Virus record (IMG/VR): IMGVR_UViG_3300037424_000199
Coordinates: 1-60,175 of that record
Length of the DNA stretch: 60,175 bases
Direction: 5' to 3' (one strand)
Source: a virus
Lineage: Duplodnaviria; Caudoviricetes
Positions within the stretch are counted from its first letter, which is position 1; each line of letters begins with the position of its first letter. Below the pieces are notes generated by a model. That model was not told where the DNA came from, did not search any database, and saw only the letters and a program-made list of their open reading frames with translations. A program made the position numbers and the translations under genes. Positions 9,452 through 19,009 of the stretch are shown here, one piece after another.

Positions 9452-11761
9452 CTATTCCAGTATGCTCAAATCACTAACAACAAAGCACCGTTGAGTTGTC
9501 CCGTATTTTTCTTGAGCCCAAATTCTACCAAGCTCTTTAATACGATCGGCATCAACTAAGTTTTGAATTGCACGCTTAATAGCAAATGTAGCTTGAGCTT
9601 TATCATTACGAAATGCAGCAGCAGCAACCAAACGACGCTGAATATAGACATAAGGAATAACCTTATCTATATGTAAATTTTGAAACTTAGAATATTTATC
9701 AGCCTTACTATCACTATATGATTTAGTAATATAATCTTTAATAACTCTAATAATCTCATGAGCTTGTTTAACCTCAAACGAATTGCTACCAATCTCACCA
9801 GCCTCAAACCGCTCAGTCAAAGCAGCAATATCAGCTTGAACTAATTGAGCACTCCAATTCATATGCTCAGCATTAATTGTGGGCTCAATCATATTTTCCC
9901 CCACAGCAAGCAATGCTGATAACTTCAAAACCTTAATGTGCGCTCTATTCCAAAGTTGTCTAATAACTTCCTTGTTTGAATTATTAATACGACTGTCAGC
10001 ATACTTATCAAAATCATACAAAAGTTTAGCAGCGTCAGGAGTAGCTTGCACATTGATAACACGACGCGGATTAGAATGATTGACTGTCTCACACTGCGCG
10101 GCTAATGCCGCTAATCTTTCAATAAGATGAAATGAAGGTTCAACTTCAGTATGTCTTTCATTGAGTGGCGGACGATTGCCTTTGTATTCAACTAAAAGAA
10201 AACGAGGCAACAAACCCTCGCTAATCATATCCTCATTTAATGCGCCGTAAAAACGCTCAGGAGTACTTTCGCCCAAAATAGAGAAACTAGGACTTGGTAC
10301 AGCAGAAGTATTATTGGCTTTGTCTGAATATACGCTTGCGTGTAATATCTCTGAATAACCGGACTTATTATATAGATCAAGAAACATACGACGCAAACTA
10401 ACTTCGCTACCATTGGCATTAGGGCTGCTCATTTGTTGTAACCTCAATCCAAATTCACCTAATAGGCTGATGAATGATTGAGATTGATTGCCAAGATATT
10501 TAAATAGTGCTGATCCTGATGATATTTCTGATGGCCCAATAAAGCCAGAAGATGTAGGCACCTGAAACTTAATCTTACCCATCAGCTTATTAATACCTGA
10601 TGCGGCCGCTTCCTTACCTGCACCAGTCATAGCCAATAGCAATACATATTGGTTTAGTCCTGTACCAGATATGTTGTAAGCTCTGCCGCATATCCCAGCC
10701 ATTAATGCAATAGCAGCAGACAATGCTACCTCAGGCACAGGACGCGGCGCAGCTTGATAGATGAATGATGCAATATCACCTAATAGGCCCGGTGGGGTGG
10801 TAGGAGTGGCAGGATTTGAACCTACATCTAAGCCGTTATGAGCGACTGGCTCTAACCGTTGAGCTACACTCCCGTTTAACTTAACTTCAGCTAATTTAAT
10901 CTCAATACCGTTCTTTAATCCATCAAAATCCAATGGAGGAAGCATACGGTCAAAGGACCGTGAAATCATTCCATTTACATAATCTTTACGTTTAGCTTTA
11001 TCTCTCCTGCCAAGTTGTGAGCTAATAAATATTCTTGCAATTTGAGTTTTGTTTTGCGTGTAGAAGCTGATAATATCAATAATGGCAAAGTCTGCTTCGG
11101 ATTGTGATGAATAGCTATCTTGCCAGCTACCACTATAAAGGAGCTTAAATCTATCTCCGTTGACTGCTTCAGTTGCTCTTTTAATAATTTCTTCATCTGT
11201 ATCTTTCTCCTTATCAGTTCCATTGTACATTGACTGAGCAACAGGACCACTACCCATCTGTTCCCATAGCTGAGTTAACTGTGATTGACAATCAATAATA
11301 GCATTTCTACCCTGATATACGTTACCAGTCATGGTAGCATATCTATCGTGTGGGTAAATCTCTATCTTGCTCCTACGCCTTCCAGCAGGAACCTTACCCT
11401 TACAAATTAAGTGTAAGCCTTTACCAGAAGGGCTAACTTCAGCATAGGTTTCAAATTCATGATATACTTTTAAATGACGCTGTAATGTTGCATCATCGCC
11501 TTCAGCATCATCTAAATCTATAAATGAATAAGGATCACTGTTGCTAAACACAAACCCAATGCCAGAATAGCTATTAGCAAACTTGTGTACATCATCAAAC
11601 GTAGACCAAGTGGCAGGTTCTGTAACATTAGCTAATTTTCCATTAGGTTGATATGGAACCTTAGTAGGCTTAGCGGCTCCAATATCTTCATATTTCCATA
11701 GTACCCATTGTTTCAATAGGCGCAATTCGGCTGGGATATTCTGATAGAGTGATGCTGGCAT
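9452..11761 (-). CDS. Primase-polymerase (NrS-1-like AEP + helix bundle) fused to a DUF3987-like helicase/ATPase domain
   Basis: WVLW...KVPY, GIGFVF, FIDLDD, EVSPSGKGLH, IEIY...RYATMTG, SQSEADFA; C-terminal P-loop AMTGAGKE. Confidence 0.85.
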   Translation of the reverse strand: MPASLYQNIPAELRLLKQWVLWKYEDIGAAKPTKVPYQPNGKLANVTEPATWSTFDDVHKFANSYSGIGFVFSNSDPYSFIDLDDAEGDDATLQRHLKVYHEFETYAEVSPSGKGLHLICKGKVPAGRRRSKIEIYPHDRYATMTGNVYQGRNAIIDCQSQLTQLWEQMGSGPVAQSMYNGTDKEKDTDEEIIKRATEAVNGDRFKLLYSGSWQDSYSSQSEADFAIIDIISFYTQNKTQIARIFISSQLGRRDKAKRKDYVNGMISRSFDRMLPPLDFDGLKNGIEIKLAEVKLNGSVAQRLEPVAHNGLDVGSNPATPTTPPGLLGDIASFIYQAAPRPVPEVALSAAIALMAGICGRAYNISGTGLNQYVLLLAMTGAGKEAAASGINKLMGKIKFQVPTSSGFIGPSEISSGSALFKYLGNQSQSFISLLGEFGLRLQQMSSPNANGSEVSLRRMFLDLYNKSGYSEILHASVYSDKANNTSAVPSPSFSILGESTPERFYGALNEDMISEGLLPRFLLVEYKGNRPPLNERHTEVEPSFHLIERLAALAAQCETVNHSNPRRVINVQATPDAAKLLYDFDKYADSRINNSNKEVIRQLWNRAHIKVLKLSALLAVGENMIEPTINAEHMNWSAQLVQADIAALTERFEAGEIGSNSFEVKQAHEIIRVIKDYITKSYSDSKADKYSKFQNLHIDKVIPYVYIQRRLVAAAAFRNDKAQATFAIKRAIQNLVDADRIKELGRIWAQEKYGTTQRCFVVSDLSILE
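10798..10873 (-). tRNA. tRNA with CAU anticodon (probably tRNA-Ile2), embedded in the primase ORF
   Basis: GGGAGTG TA GCTC AACGGTTA GAGC C AGTCG CTCATAA CGGCT TAGAT GTAGG TTCAAAT CCTGC CACTCCT A CCA: 76-nt cloverleaf with encoded CCA. Confidence 0.88.
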
Positions 11762-11767
11762 GTGATA

Positions 11768-11953
11768 TTAATTATTTTCTAATTCAGCTTCGAGTTTAGC
11801 CAGAGCTAAACAAACCACATCAGTTAACGAAACATTTACAGGCTTATTTTTAGCCCTAAGAATGCTATGGAGCTTATGTAATAATATAGCTCCATCACCT
11901 GTTAAGCTGATGTTTGAACGGCGATCTTTAGAATTTTGTGGAAATTGTGTCAT
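11768..11953 (-). CDS. Small putative transcription regulator (ribbon-helix-helix-like)
   Basis: 61 aa, beta-alpha-alpha pattern; first gene of the leftward unit at the divergent promoter. Confidence 0.5.
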   Translation of the reverse strand: MTQFPQNSKDRRSNISLTGDGAILLHKLHSILRAKNKPVNVSLTDVVCLALAKLEAELENN

Positions 11954-11961
11954 GGGTCACA

Positions 11962-12035
11962 GAGCTAGCCCTGATTTGAAGTTCCGTCAAGTCCCGTCAA
12001 AAAACATTTGACAGGATTTCTGCGCCGTGTATGGT
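11962..12035. promoter_or_regulatory. Divergent promoters of the replication region
   Basis: Leftward TTGACG-17-TAGCTC (preceded by GC) with tandem CCGTCAA repeats 10 bp apart (11984-12000); rightward TTGACA(12008)-16-TATGGT. Confidence 0.6.
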
Positions 12036-12234
12036 CTGGCCACTCGAAATACCCAGCCGGGGGCTTCCGGCAAGCCAAATGGAGGCGTCATGAGCCGCCT
12101 AGCTAAAACCTAGCGCCGTGAGGCGAGGCTAAAAGGTATACACATATGCTCGCATGGGAGCGAGTTGCATTAGAGAAGCAGCGTTTGCCAGTATCGCTTG
12201 AATAACTGGCGTAATGTTGAATGGAGAATAATTA

Positions 12235-12579
12235 ATGGCGGATATTCGCGAAATTCTTAATGCTCTATCCCCTGATGATAGAGCCATGTATACCCAGCAC
12301 CGCAACGAAATGCGGCGTAGCTATCTACTTGCCCACACTGAAACTATTGGGATGGACAAGTGGGGTAATGAGGACGATAGATTGCTGGACTATATTGATA
12401 TCAGTCTAGCATTGCTCTATGACCGCGCTGGAAGGCTTGTCGCCAGTAAAGAAATTATTGGTGATGATAAGGCAAACATTGAAATGGCAATTGATACTGC
12501 CGATGCTAATCTGAAGAAGATTGACAATGCCACTAAATTGATTAATCCGGGTTGGCCTAGCAACGGGGCATTTAAATGA
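12235..12579 (+). CDS. Hypothetical protein
   Basis: GGAG RBS; first gene of the rightward operon. Confidence 0.7.
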   Translation: MADIREILNALSPDDRAMYTQHRNEMRRSYLLAHTETIGMDKWGNEDDRLLDYIDISLALLYDRAGRLVASKEIIGDDKANIEMAIDTADANLKKIDNATKLINPGWPSNGAFK

Positions 12580-13085
12580 ATTGGGTCAATCCTAATCTAG
12601 CTGGAGCATCATGGCCAGCCCCTACTAATCCTCTAGATAGCATGACTGAGGATCAACTTCTCATGCTTTGGCAGGATAAAAAAGCTGCCATTGAGAAAGC
12701 TAAAGAAGAAGAAATGGATTTGCGCAAGTATATCGTTAAGCGCGAATTTCCTAAGCCTCATGAAGGCACCAATACGAAGGAATTGGGTCAAGGCTATCAG
12801 CTTAAGGCAGGTATCAAATACAATTATAATCTTGCCGACAATGACACGGTAGAGGACTGCCTTAATAAAATTTCTAAACTAGGAAATGAAGGCTCTTTCA
12901 TTGCTGATAGGCTTGTGAGTTGGAAGCCTTCATTCCTTTTGACTGAATACCGTGCGCTTCAGGAGAGTAAGGACAAAGGTGAAAAGTTTGCTAGCGAAGT
13001 GCTAGATGTAGTAAACGAGATGTTGACTATTACTGAAGGTGCTCCTACTTTGGAAATTAAGGAACCGAAAGCGAAGAAAAAATAA
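12576..13085 (+). CDS. Conserved phage protein of Sak4/SSB recombination modules
   Basis: EGTNTKELGQGYQLK...WKP...GAPTLEI; gene context. Confidence 0.6.
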   Translation: MNWVNPNLAGASWPAPTNPLDSMTEDQLLMLWQDKKAAIEKAKEEEMDLRKYIVKREFPKPHEGTNTKELGQGYQLKAGIKYNYNLADNDTVEDCLNKISKLGNEGSFIADRLVSWKPSFLLTEYRALQESKDKGEKFASEVLDVVNEMLTITEGAPTLEIKEPKAKKK

Positions 13086-13798
13086 TGGATATACGTGATC
13101 TAAAAGCCGCTGGTGATCATGCTGTAAACTTTGGCTGCAAATGCATTATATATGGCCCCGCTGGTGGAGGAAAAACGCCGCTAATTAATACAGCCCCTAG
13201 ACCATTGCTATTATCTATTGAGCCGGGTTTGCTATCAATGCGCGGCTCAACTGTGCCAACATTCGAGGCTCATACCGCGCAACGTATCGACGAATTTTTT
13301 AAATGGTTTTTCAATTCAGCAGAGACTAAAAACTTTGATACTTTAGCTGTTGACAGTGGTAGCTATATGGCTGATGTTTATTTGCAAGCTGCTTTAAAAG
13401 GTACTAGCAAAGCTGGAAATAAAAAGCACGGTATGGCTGCATATGGTGATATGGCTACCGATACGATGGAGCATTTAAGGACGCTATTCTACACCAAAGA
13501 AAAGCACATCTATTTAATTTGCAAAGAAGAAATAGCTGATGTAGAATATCAGTCGCTTCGCAGACCATACTTTCCCGGTAAAGTTTTAAATATTGATGTA
13601 CCATTCCTTTATGACTTTATTTTAAGACTTTCCAAAACGAATGTACCGGGAATGGTAGGCGAGCAATTAGCATTTCAGTGTGTGGGTAATATAAATATTC
13701 TTGCTCGCAATAGAACTGGAAACTTGAATGAGTTTGAGCCTCCAAACTTTTCAACGCTTGTACAGAAGGCAATGTCAACACCACCAATAGGATATTAA
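13085..13798 (+). CDS. Sak4-like AAA_24 ATPase (single-strand annealing protein)
   Basis: IIYGPAGGGKT Walker A, EPGLLS, LAVDS Walker B; upstream of SSB. Confidence 0.8.
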   Translation: MDIRDLKAAGDHAVNFGCKCIIYGPAGGGKTPLINTAPRPLLLSIEPGLLSMRGSTVPTFEAHTAQRIDEFFKWFFNSAETKNFDTLAVDSGSYMADVYLQAALKGTSKAGNKKHGMAAYGDMATDTMEHLRTLFYTKEKHIYLICKEEIADVEYQSLRRPYFPGKVLNIDVPFLYDFILRLSKTNVPGMVGEQLAFQCVGNINILARNRTGNLNEFEPPNFSTLVQKAMSTPPIGY

Positions 13799-13800
13799 TT

Positions 13801-13995
13801 ATGACTGAGAAAACTAAAGCCTGTAATTTGACTGTAGATGAAATTGAGACTTTGCTTAAGCATTACGGCCTTTATATCATGACTGACAACTCTATTGAAC
13901 GTATTAATTACCTAAACAAGCGTCTTAAAACTTTCAATGAAACTGAAGTTGTATTAACTGAAGCAACAAAAGGATGGGGTAATCCTAATGGCTAA
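13801..13995 (+). CDS. Hypothetical protein
   Basis: ORF in operon. Confidence 0.55.
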   Translation: MTEKTKACNLTVDEIETLLKHYGLYIMTDNSIERINYLNKRLKTFNETEVVLTEATKGWGNPNG

Positions 13996-14143
13996 GAAAG
14001 CAGTTGGTTGGGGAATTAGAAAGAAACGTGGCCGTAAGGCTGGCGTTAAAGTAGGCCCATATAAAATGAGCCTAAGTCAGATGATGGCTGAGATTAAAGA
14101 ACTTCGTGCCAAGGTGGCAAAACTAGAGAAGGTATTAAATTAA
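13988..14143 (+). CDS. Small basic protein, 51 aa (MAKKAVGWGIRKKRGRK...), not in the ORF track
   Basis: Overlaps both neighbours (TAATG); basic N-terminus plus short coiled coil. Confidence 0.55.
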   Translation: MAKKAVGWGIRKKRGRKAGVKVGPYKMSLSQMMAEIKELRAKVAKLEKVLN

Positions 14144-14358
14144 TGCATCCATCTACATTTGAATATTTGAAACCAACTGATGAACAAATTAAGCAAATGA
14201 ATGAAGTAAGGGAGGCGGCTAAAGAGTATTGCGAAGCTCTTGAAAAGTGGCTTCCTGATGGTCCTGACAAGACTTTTATCATTCGTGCCCATCGTTCCAA
14301 CGCTATGTGGGCAAATGTAGCTATCACTCGTTTGCCTGATGGTACCCCCCGTACATAA
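14143..14358 (+). CDS. Acb2/Tad1-like helical hairpin protein (candidate cyclic-nucleotide sponge)
   Basis: F.Y..PT..Q...M..VR...LP.G.DK......MWAN.AI pattern. Confidence 0.5.
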   Translation: MHPSTFEYLKPTDEQIKQMNEVREAAKEYCEALEKWLPDGPDKTFIIRAHRSNAMWANVAITRLPDGTPRT

Positions 14359-14375
14359 GAAAGGTTACAACTACA

Positions 14376-15029
14376 ATGCAAGTTCCTCAGTTTCAATTCA
14401 ATGCTAACCAGTATGAGCCTAATCAGGGAATGGGTAGCCATCCTCCTGCACAGAAAATCCAGTTTACTATTACTGGGACGGAAATTAAAGAAACTAAAAA
14501 CAGCACTCCTAACAATGTACAAGCTTACCTGTCTATTGATTTCACTAGTCCTCTTGGAATGATTACCTATCGTTACAATATTAAAAATGACAATCCTAAG
14601 ACTGTTGAAATCGCCTATGGGCAGCTTTCGGCACTTTGCCGCGCTGTTGGCATCTATCAGATTGATGGTAACAACGAATGTGCTGCTTTGCGTGGCGGTA
14701 AGGGTCTGATGGATGTGGGGTATCAGAAAGGTGAAGAGCCCGATCCTGCATTTCCTGATCGTAAGGGATACACTGAGCTTAAACGGGTTTATGATCTTGC
14801 TGGCAATGATCCTAGCAAACCTGCTGTGGCTCAACAGCCTCAGCCTCAGCCTCAGGGTCAGCAGGGAGCCCCTATGACGCAGCAGCCGGGGGGAAGCTGG
14901 GGTAATCAGCCCCAGCAAGCGCAACCCGCTCAGCAGCAACCGCAGGCTCAGCAAGCAGCCCCTCAGGGGCAGGCATGGCAACCCGGTGGAGCCGGTCAGC
15001 AGACAACCCCGCCTTGGGGTCAAAGGTAA
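14376..15029 (+). CDS. DUF669-like single-stranded DNA-binding protein
   Basis: YNI.N.NPKTVEIAYGQLSALCRAVG; Q/P/G-rich tail ending PPWGQR. Confidence 0.75.
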   Translation: MQVPQFQFNANQYEPNQGMGSHPPAQKIQFTITGTEIKETKNSTPNNVQAYLSIDFTSPLGMITYRYNIKNDNPKTVEIAYGQLSALCRAVGIYQIDGNNECAALRGGKGLMDVGYQKGEEPDPAFPDRKGYTELKRVYDLAGNDPSKPAVAQQPQPQPQGQQGAPMTQQPGGSWGNQPQQAQPAQQQPQAQQAAPQGQAWQPGGAGQQTTPPWGQR

Positions 15030-15074
15030 TCACGCTAGAACGCGACAGTAAAGAAGCCATAGCGTGTAAACTTA

Positions 15075-15115
15075 GGGCTGTTAGATATCTCTGCCCCTTC
15101 TAACAGCCCCTTTTT
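15075..15115 (+). terminator. Rho-independent terminator
   Basis: gggctgttaga / tctaacagccc stem followed by a T-run. Confidence 0.7.
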
Positions 15116-15127
15116 ATAGGAATTTAA

Positions 15128-15394
15128 ATGCCCACCCATATAGAATTAGCTGCAAAAGCAGCTTATGAAAAATTTAATGAAAATTTAATTGGTTGTTGCG
15201 AACCTACTTGGGAAGAAACTGATGAAAGTTTTAAATTAAGAATGGTAGAAAGTTTAGTCGCTGCATTATTATTTTTAAGGGAACCTGTTGAAATTCAATA
15301 TGACGCTTTATGCGCTACAGAAAAACTTTGGAGAGAGCAAAATAGCTACGGGGTTTGGACTACTTACATTGACGCATTGGTGAAAAATGCTTGA
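15128..15394 (+). CDS. Hypothetical protein
   Basis: AGGA RBS. Confidence 0.6.
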   Translation: MPTHIELAAKAAYEKFNENLIGCCEPTWEETDESFKLRMVESLVAALLFLREPVEIQYDALCATEKLWREQNSYGVWTTYIDALVKNA

Positions 15395-16247
15395 CCTATC
15401 CAAACAATCCGACCGTGAAAAGCTAGAAGAATTAATTAGCAATGATGTAAATACATTCTGTGAAATCTATTACGAACAAGGTCATAGAAATCATTTAGGA
15501 GCATCAGGCTTAGGCGAGGCTTGCTGGCGTAAGCTTTGGTATTCATTCAGATGGGTTAAAGAAGAAAAATTTGACGGTCGAATGATGCGTCTGTTTAATG
15601 TAGGCCATTCAGCAGAGCCTAGATTTGTTACCTATTTAAGAGGCATTGGCTTTGAAGTTAAAGAATTTGATGAAGATGGTAAGCAATTCCGCATTTCGGG
15701 GGCTATGGGGCACTATGGCGGCTCATTGGATGGAATGTGTAAAGCTCCAGCAAAATATCAATTGTCTGAAAATATTATACTATCGCTCAGCTTTAAAACT
15801 AATAACACTGGATCAGGATATGATAAAGTAAGCAAAGAAAGTTTGTCTAAATCCAAACCTATGCATTGGGCGCAAGAGTGCCAGTATGGTTATAAAACTG
15901 GAATTCGCTATTGCATTTATATGATTGAGAATAAAAACGACAGCGACATTACTTTTAAAATTATTGAACTAGATTGGAATTATGGAGCGCAATTAGAAAA
16001 GAAAGCTAATGAAATAATCTTTTCTAAAGAACCTCCACCGCGCATATCTGAGAACCCTGCGTTGTATGATTGTAAATACTGCCACTTGACCGATATATGC
16101 CACAAGGGGGCTACCCCGGAAAAGAATTGCAGGAGTTGTAGAAATGCTAGTCCTGTAGAGAATGCAGAATGGTTTTGTTCTGCCCACAATTCTAACATAC
16201 CTACTGAATTTATTAGAAAAGGATGCGATCAATGGTTTCCCGTTTAA
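15387..16247 (+). CDS. Cas4-like / PD-(D/E)XK exonuclease
   Basis: RNHLGAS..G..CWRKLWY.FRW, GGSLDG, C-terminal CKYC...C...NCRSC Fe-S cysteines. Confidence 0.8.
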   Translation: MLDLSKQSDREKLEELISNDVNTFCEIYYEQGHRNHLGASGLGEACWRKLWYSFRWVKEEKFDGRMMRLFNVGHSAEPRFVTYLRGIGFEVKEFDEDGKQFRISGAMGHYGGSLDGMCKAPAKYQLSENIILSLSFKTNNTGSGYDKVSKESLSKSKPMHWAQECQYGYKTGIRYCIYMIENKNDSDITFKIIELDWNYGAQLEKKANEIIFSKEPPPRISENPALYDCKYCHLTDICHKGATPEKNCRSCRNASPVENAEWFCSAHNSNIPTEFIRKGCDQWFPV

Positions 16248-16564
16248 CTTTCGATGTTCTTAGGTACGCTAATGTTAATCGTAAGTCTGAGAAAGTATTT
16301 CCTTCTCACAATTGGTCATTAGCACAATGGGGCTGTGCTATGGCTGGTGAAGCAGGAGAAGCTTGTAATATAATTAAGAAAATGTTTCGTGGTGATTTTG
16401 ATATGCGCGAAAAAGACGCTAAACAAGCATTAGCTGATGAACTTGCTGACGTTATAATTTATGCAGACTTGCTTGCTCATGCTGCTGGTATTGATTTAGG
16501 AAATGCAATCATTGATAAATTTAATGAAGTGTCAAATAAGAAAGGTGCTCAAACTAAATTATGA
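16223..16564 (+). CDS. MazG-like nucleotide pyrophosphohydrolase
   Basis: MAGEAGEACNIIKK...LADELADVIIY...KFNEV. Confidence 0.85.
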   Translation: MRSMVSRLTFDVLRYANVNRKSEKVFPSHNWSLAQWGCAMAGEAGEACNIIKKMFRGDFDMREKDAKQALADELADVIIYADLLAHAAGIDLGNAIIDKFNEVSNKKGAQTKL

Positions 16565-18150
16565 TCCAACTTCGCTACTACCAACAAGAGGCACTAGACG
16601 CGCTCTATAATTTTTTCCTTACTCACCAGACTGGAAACCCATTAATTGGGCTTCCAACTGGTACAGGTAAGAGCGTGCTTCCTGCTGCGTTCATTCAAGG
16701 TGTAATGCGCCAGTGGCCTAACCAACGCTTTCTAATGACCACTCACGTTAAAGAATTAGTAGCCCAAAATGCTGATGAACTTCTAGGTTTATGGCCTGAA
16801 GCACCACTTGGCATCTACTCAGCAGGCTTAAAACAAAAGGACACTGCGCATCCTATTATTTTTGGCTCCATTCAAAGTATGATTAAACACCCCGATTGGT
16901 TCGGGCATCGTGATATCGCGTTTGTAGATGAAGCACATTTAGTCTCTGCTGAAGAGAGTAGCCAGTACCAAACTTTCTTTGCGTTTATGAAACTGATTAA
17001 TCCAAATTTAAAAATTATCGGCATGTCGGCTACCCTATATAGAATGGGGATGGGCATGATCACAGAGAATGGTTTATTTACAGATGTAGTTTACGATAAA
17101 ACAAATTTGGCAGGCTTTAATGAGCTTTTAGCGCAAGGCTACATGGCTCCTCTAATCCCGCTTAGAACCAAGACAGAGCTAGATGTTTCTGATGTTAGCG
17201 TGGTGAAAGGAGAATTTGTTTCCACTCAATTACAGGGAGCGGTAGACAAAGCAGAAATAACTTTTAATGCATTAAAGGAAATGTGCCATGCCGGGCAAAA
17301 TAGAAAATCTTGGCTTATCTTCGCTTCAGGTATTGAGCACGCTGAGCATATTGCGGACCAACTCGGCGCGTTTGGAGTTGATTGTGCACCAGTGCACAGC
17401 AAACGACCAAGCGAATATAATGACGCAGCAATTAGAGCTTTTAAATCAGGCCAACTTAGAGCTATCGTTAACTATGGAAAACTTACAACTGGATTTAATC
17501 ACCCTGAAATCGACCTTATTGGAATGCTCAGGCCAACCTTAAGCGTACCGCTATGGGTACAAATGCTTGGACGTGGCACTAGGCCAGCTAAAAAGGATTG
17601 CTTGGTTTTAGACTTCGCTCGCAATACTCCACGACTAGGCCCAATTAATGACCCTCGCATTCCAAATAAAAAAGGTTCAAATGGAGGCGAGTTACCTGTT
17701 AAAATTTGCGAAGCTTGCGGCTGTTACAATCATCCTCGCGTAAGAAACTGCATTCAATGTGGGGAAGAATTTAGCTTCGCAGTTAAAATTGTTTCTAAAG
17801 CTGGAACTGATGAACTCATTAAAGCAGCAGCTATAGAAGCTATACCAATTATTGAAACCATGAATGTAATGGGGGCACATTATGAAAAGCATCCCGGCAA
17901 ACTTGGTAAACCTCCTACATTAAAAGTGACTTATTATACTACAGGACTTCCATTTAAAGAATGGATTTGTCTTGAACATAACGGGATGGCTGGTAAGATG
18001 GCTAGGGATTGGTGGAGGAGACGGCATAAGGATGAACCTCCAGCTACAATTGACGAAGCTTTGAAATATACTAGTAACTTAAAATGTCCGCGATTTATTA
18101 GAGTTCATGTAAATAAATTACATCCTGAGATATTGGGGGCAGAGTTCTAA
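16561..18150 (+). CDS. Superfamily 2 (DEAH) DNA helicase with C-terminal Zn ribbon
   Basis: LRYYQ, PTGTGKS, DEAH, GMSAT, LTTGFN, QMLGRGTR, two CxxC pairs. Confidence 0.92.
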   Translation: MIQLRYYQQEALDALYNFFLTHQTGNPLIGLPTGTGKSVLPAAFIQGVMRQWPNQRFLMTTHVKELVAQNADELLGLWPEAPLGIYSAGLKQKDTAHPIIFGSIQSMIKHPDWFGHRDIAFVDEAHLVSAEESSQYQTFFAFMKLINPNLKIIGMSATLYRMGMGMITENGLFTDVVYDKTNLAGFNELLAQGYMAPLIPLRTKTELDVSDVSVVKGEFVSTQLQGAVDKAEITFNALKEMCHAGQNRKSWLIFASGIEHAEHIADQLGAFGVDCAPVHSKRPSEYNDAAIRAFKSGQLRAIVNYGKLTTGFNHPEIDLIGMLRPTLSVPLWVQMLGRGTRPAKKDCLVLDFARNTPRLGPINDPRIPNKKGSNGGELPVKICEACGCYNHPRVRNCIQCGEEFSFAVKIVSKAGTDELIKAAAIEAIPIIETMNVMGAHYEKHPGKLGKPPTLKVTYYTTGLPFKEWICLEHNGMAGKMARDWWRRRHKDEPPATIDEALKYTSNLKCPRFIRVHVNKLHPEILGAEF

Positions 18151-19009
18151 TGAGCAAACCTGTAGATTGGTATGGAGCTAATAAAACTTTAAAAGCTCCT
18201 AAAGGAACAACTGAAGAACAAGTTCAAGATTTACCAATTTTTTCTAATGGAGTTGTTTGCGTATCACGTTGGCAATTATCAAATGAGGCATTAACAGAAA
18301 TAATAGAAAGTGGATGTATTTTTGTTAGTTGCTATAGTGGTGATACCCAACCTCCTATTTTTGTTGGAAGCCATGACGAAACTAGGGAAGTAGCTGTAGA
18401 TTATGGCCCCGTGTGGAAACTAAAACCTAATGTATAAACAACCCAAACCAATAATGAGACAAAGCAGCTATGCAGACTTTTATCAAGCTGTGCAAGTTGC
18501 TGTAGATCGCGTAATTAAACAACCCCAAACTGTGCCGTATCAAAATTGTTTAAACTGCGAACATTGGAAGTATAAAGAAGATTTATGCGGAAAATTTAAC
18601 GCTAAGCCTCCTACTGAAATCCTTATTTATAGTTGCCCTGAATATAAGGATAACAATGACATCCCTTTTTAATTACTGAGTTAGAAAATAAATGGAGAAT
18701 GGAAAAATGAAATTAAAATGTATTGGTGGAATAGCTGATGGTCAACTAGTAGATGTTGATGAATATTTAAAAACTGGTGATTTAATTAGAGTTTCAGCTA
18801 AAGTTACATTTACTATATCTAATTTTGAACAAGATTTAGAAGATTTTAGATATGGGAAATCACCAGAAAGCATGACAGTTCCATACTATATGTATAGAAT
18901 TTGTTATATAGCAGGATCATTTAGAGATGGACGTAAGCAAAAATTAGAATATCTTTGCCCTGAAAATTGGCATGAATGGGAAGCTATATTACATCAATTT
19001 GGAAAATAA
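18150..19009 (+). other. Three hypothetical genes (18150-18437, 18430-18672 Cys-rich ending DDIPF-like, 18692-19009)
   Basis: Contiguous ORFs. Confidence 0.65.

Noticed and set aside
10798-10873. Nested tRNA as an attP site
   Set aside because: No integrase or recombinase was recognised, and the tRNA is full length rather than a 3' fragment; it cannot be fully excluded as a historical remnant
14830-15000. cagcct/cagcaa tandem repeats
   Set aside because: They encode the ordinary Q/P-rich SSB tail; not a CRISPR array or regulatory repeat
14094-15023. 309-aa minus-strand ORF
   Set aside because: Antisense shadow of the SSB and neighbouring genes, with no protein-like features
15387-16247. 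Cas4-like gene as a sign of a CRISPR system
   Set aside because: No repeat-spacer array or other cas genes were seen; stand-alone Cas4-like nucleases are common in phage recombination modules
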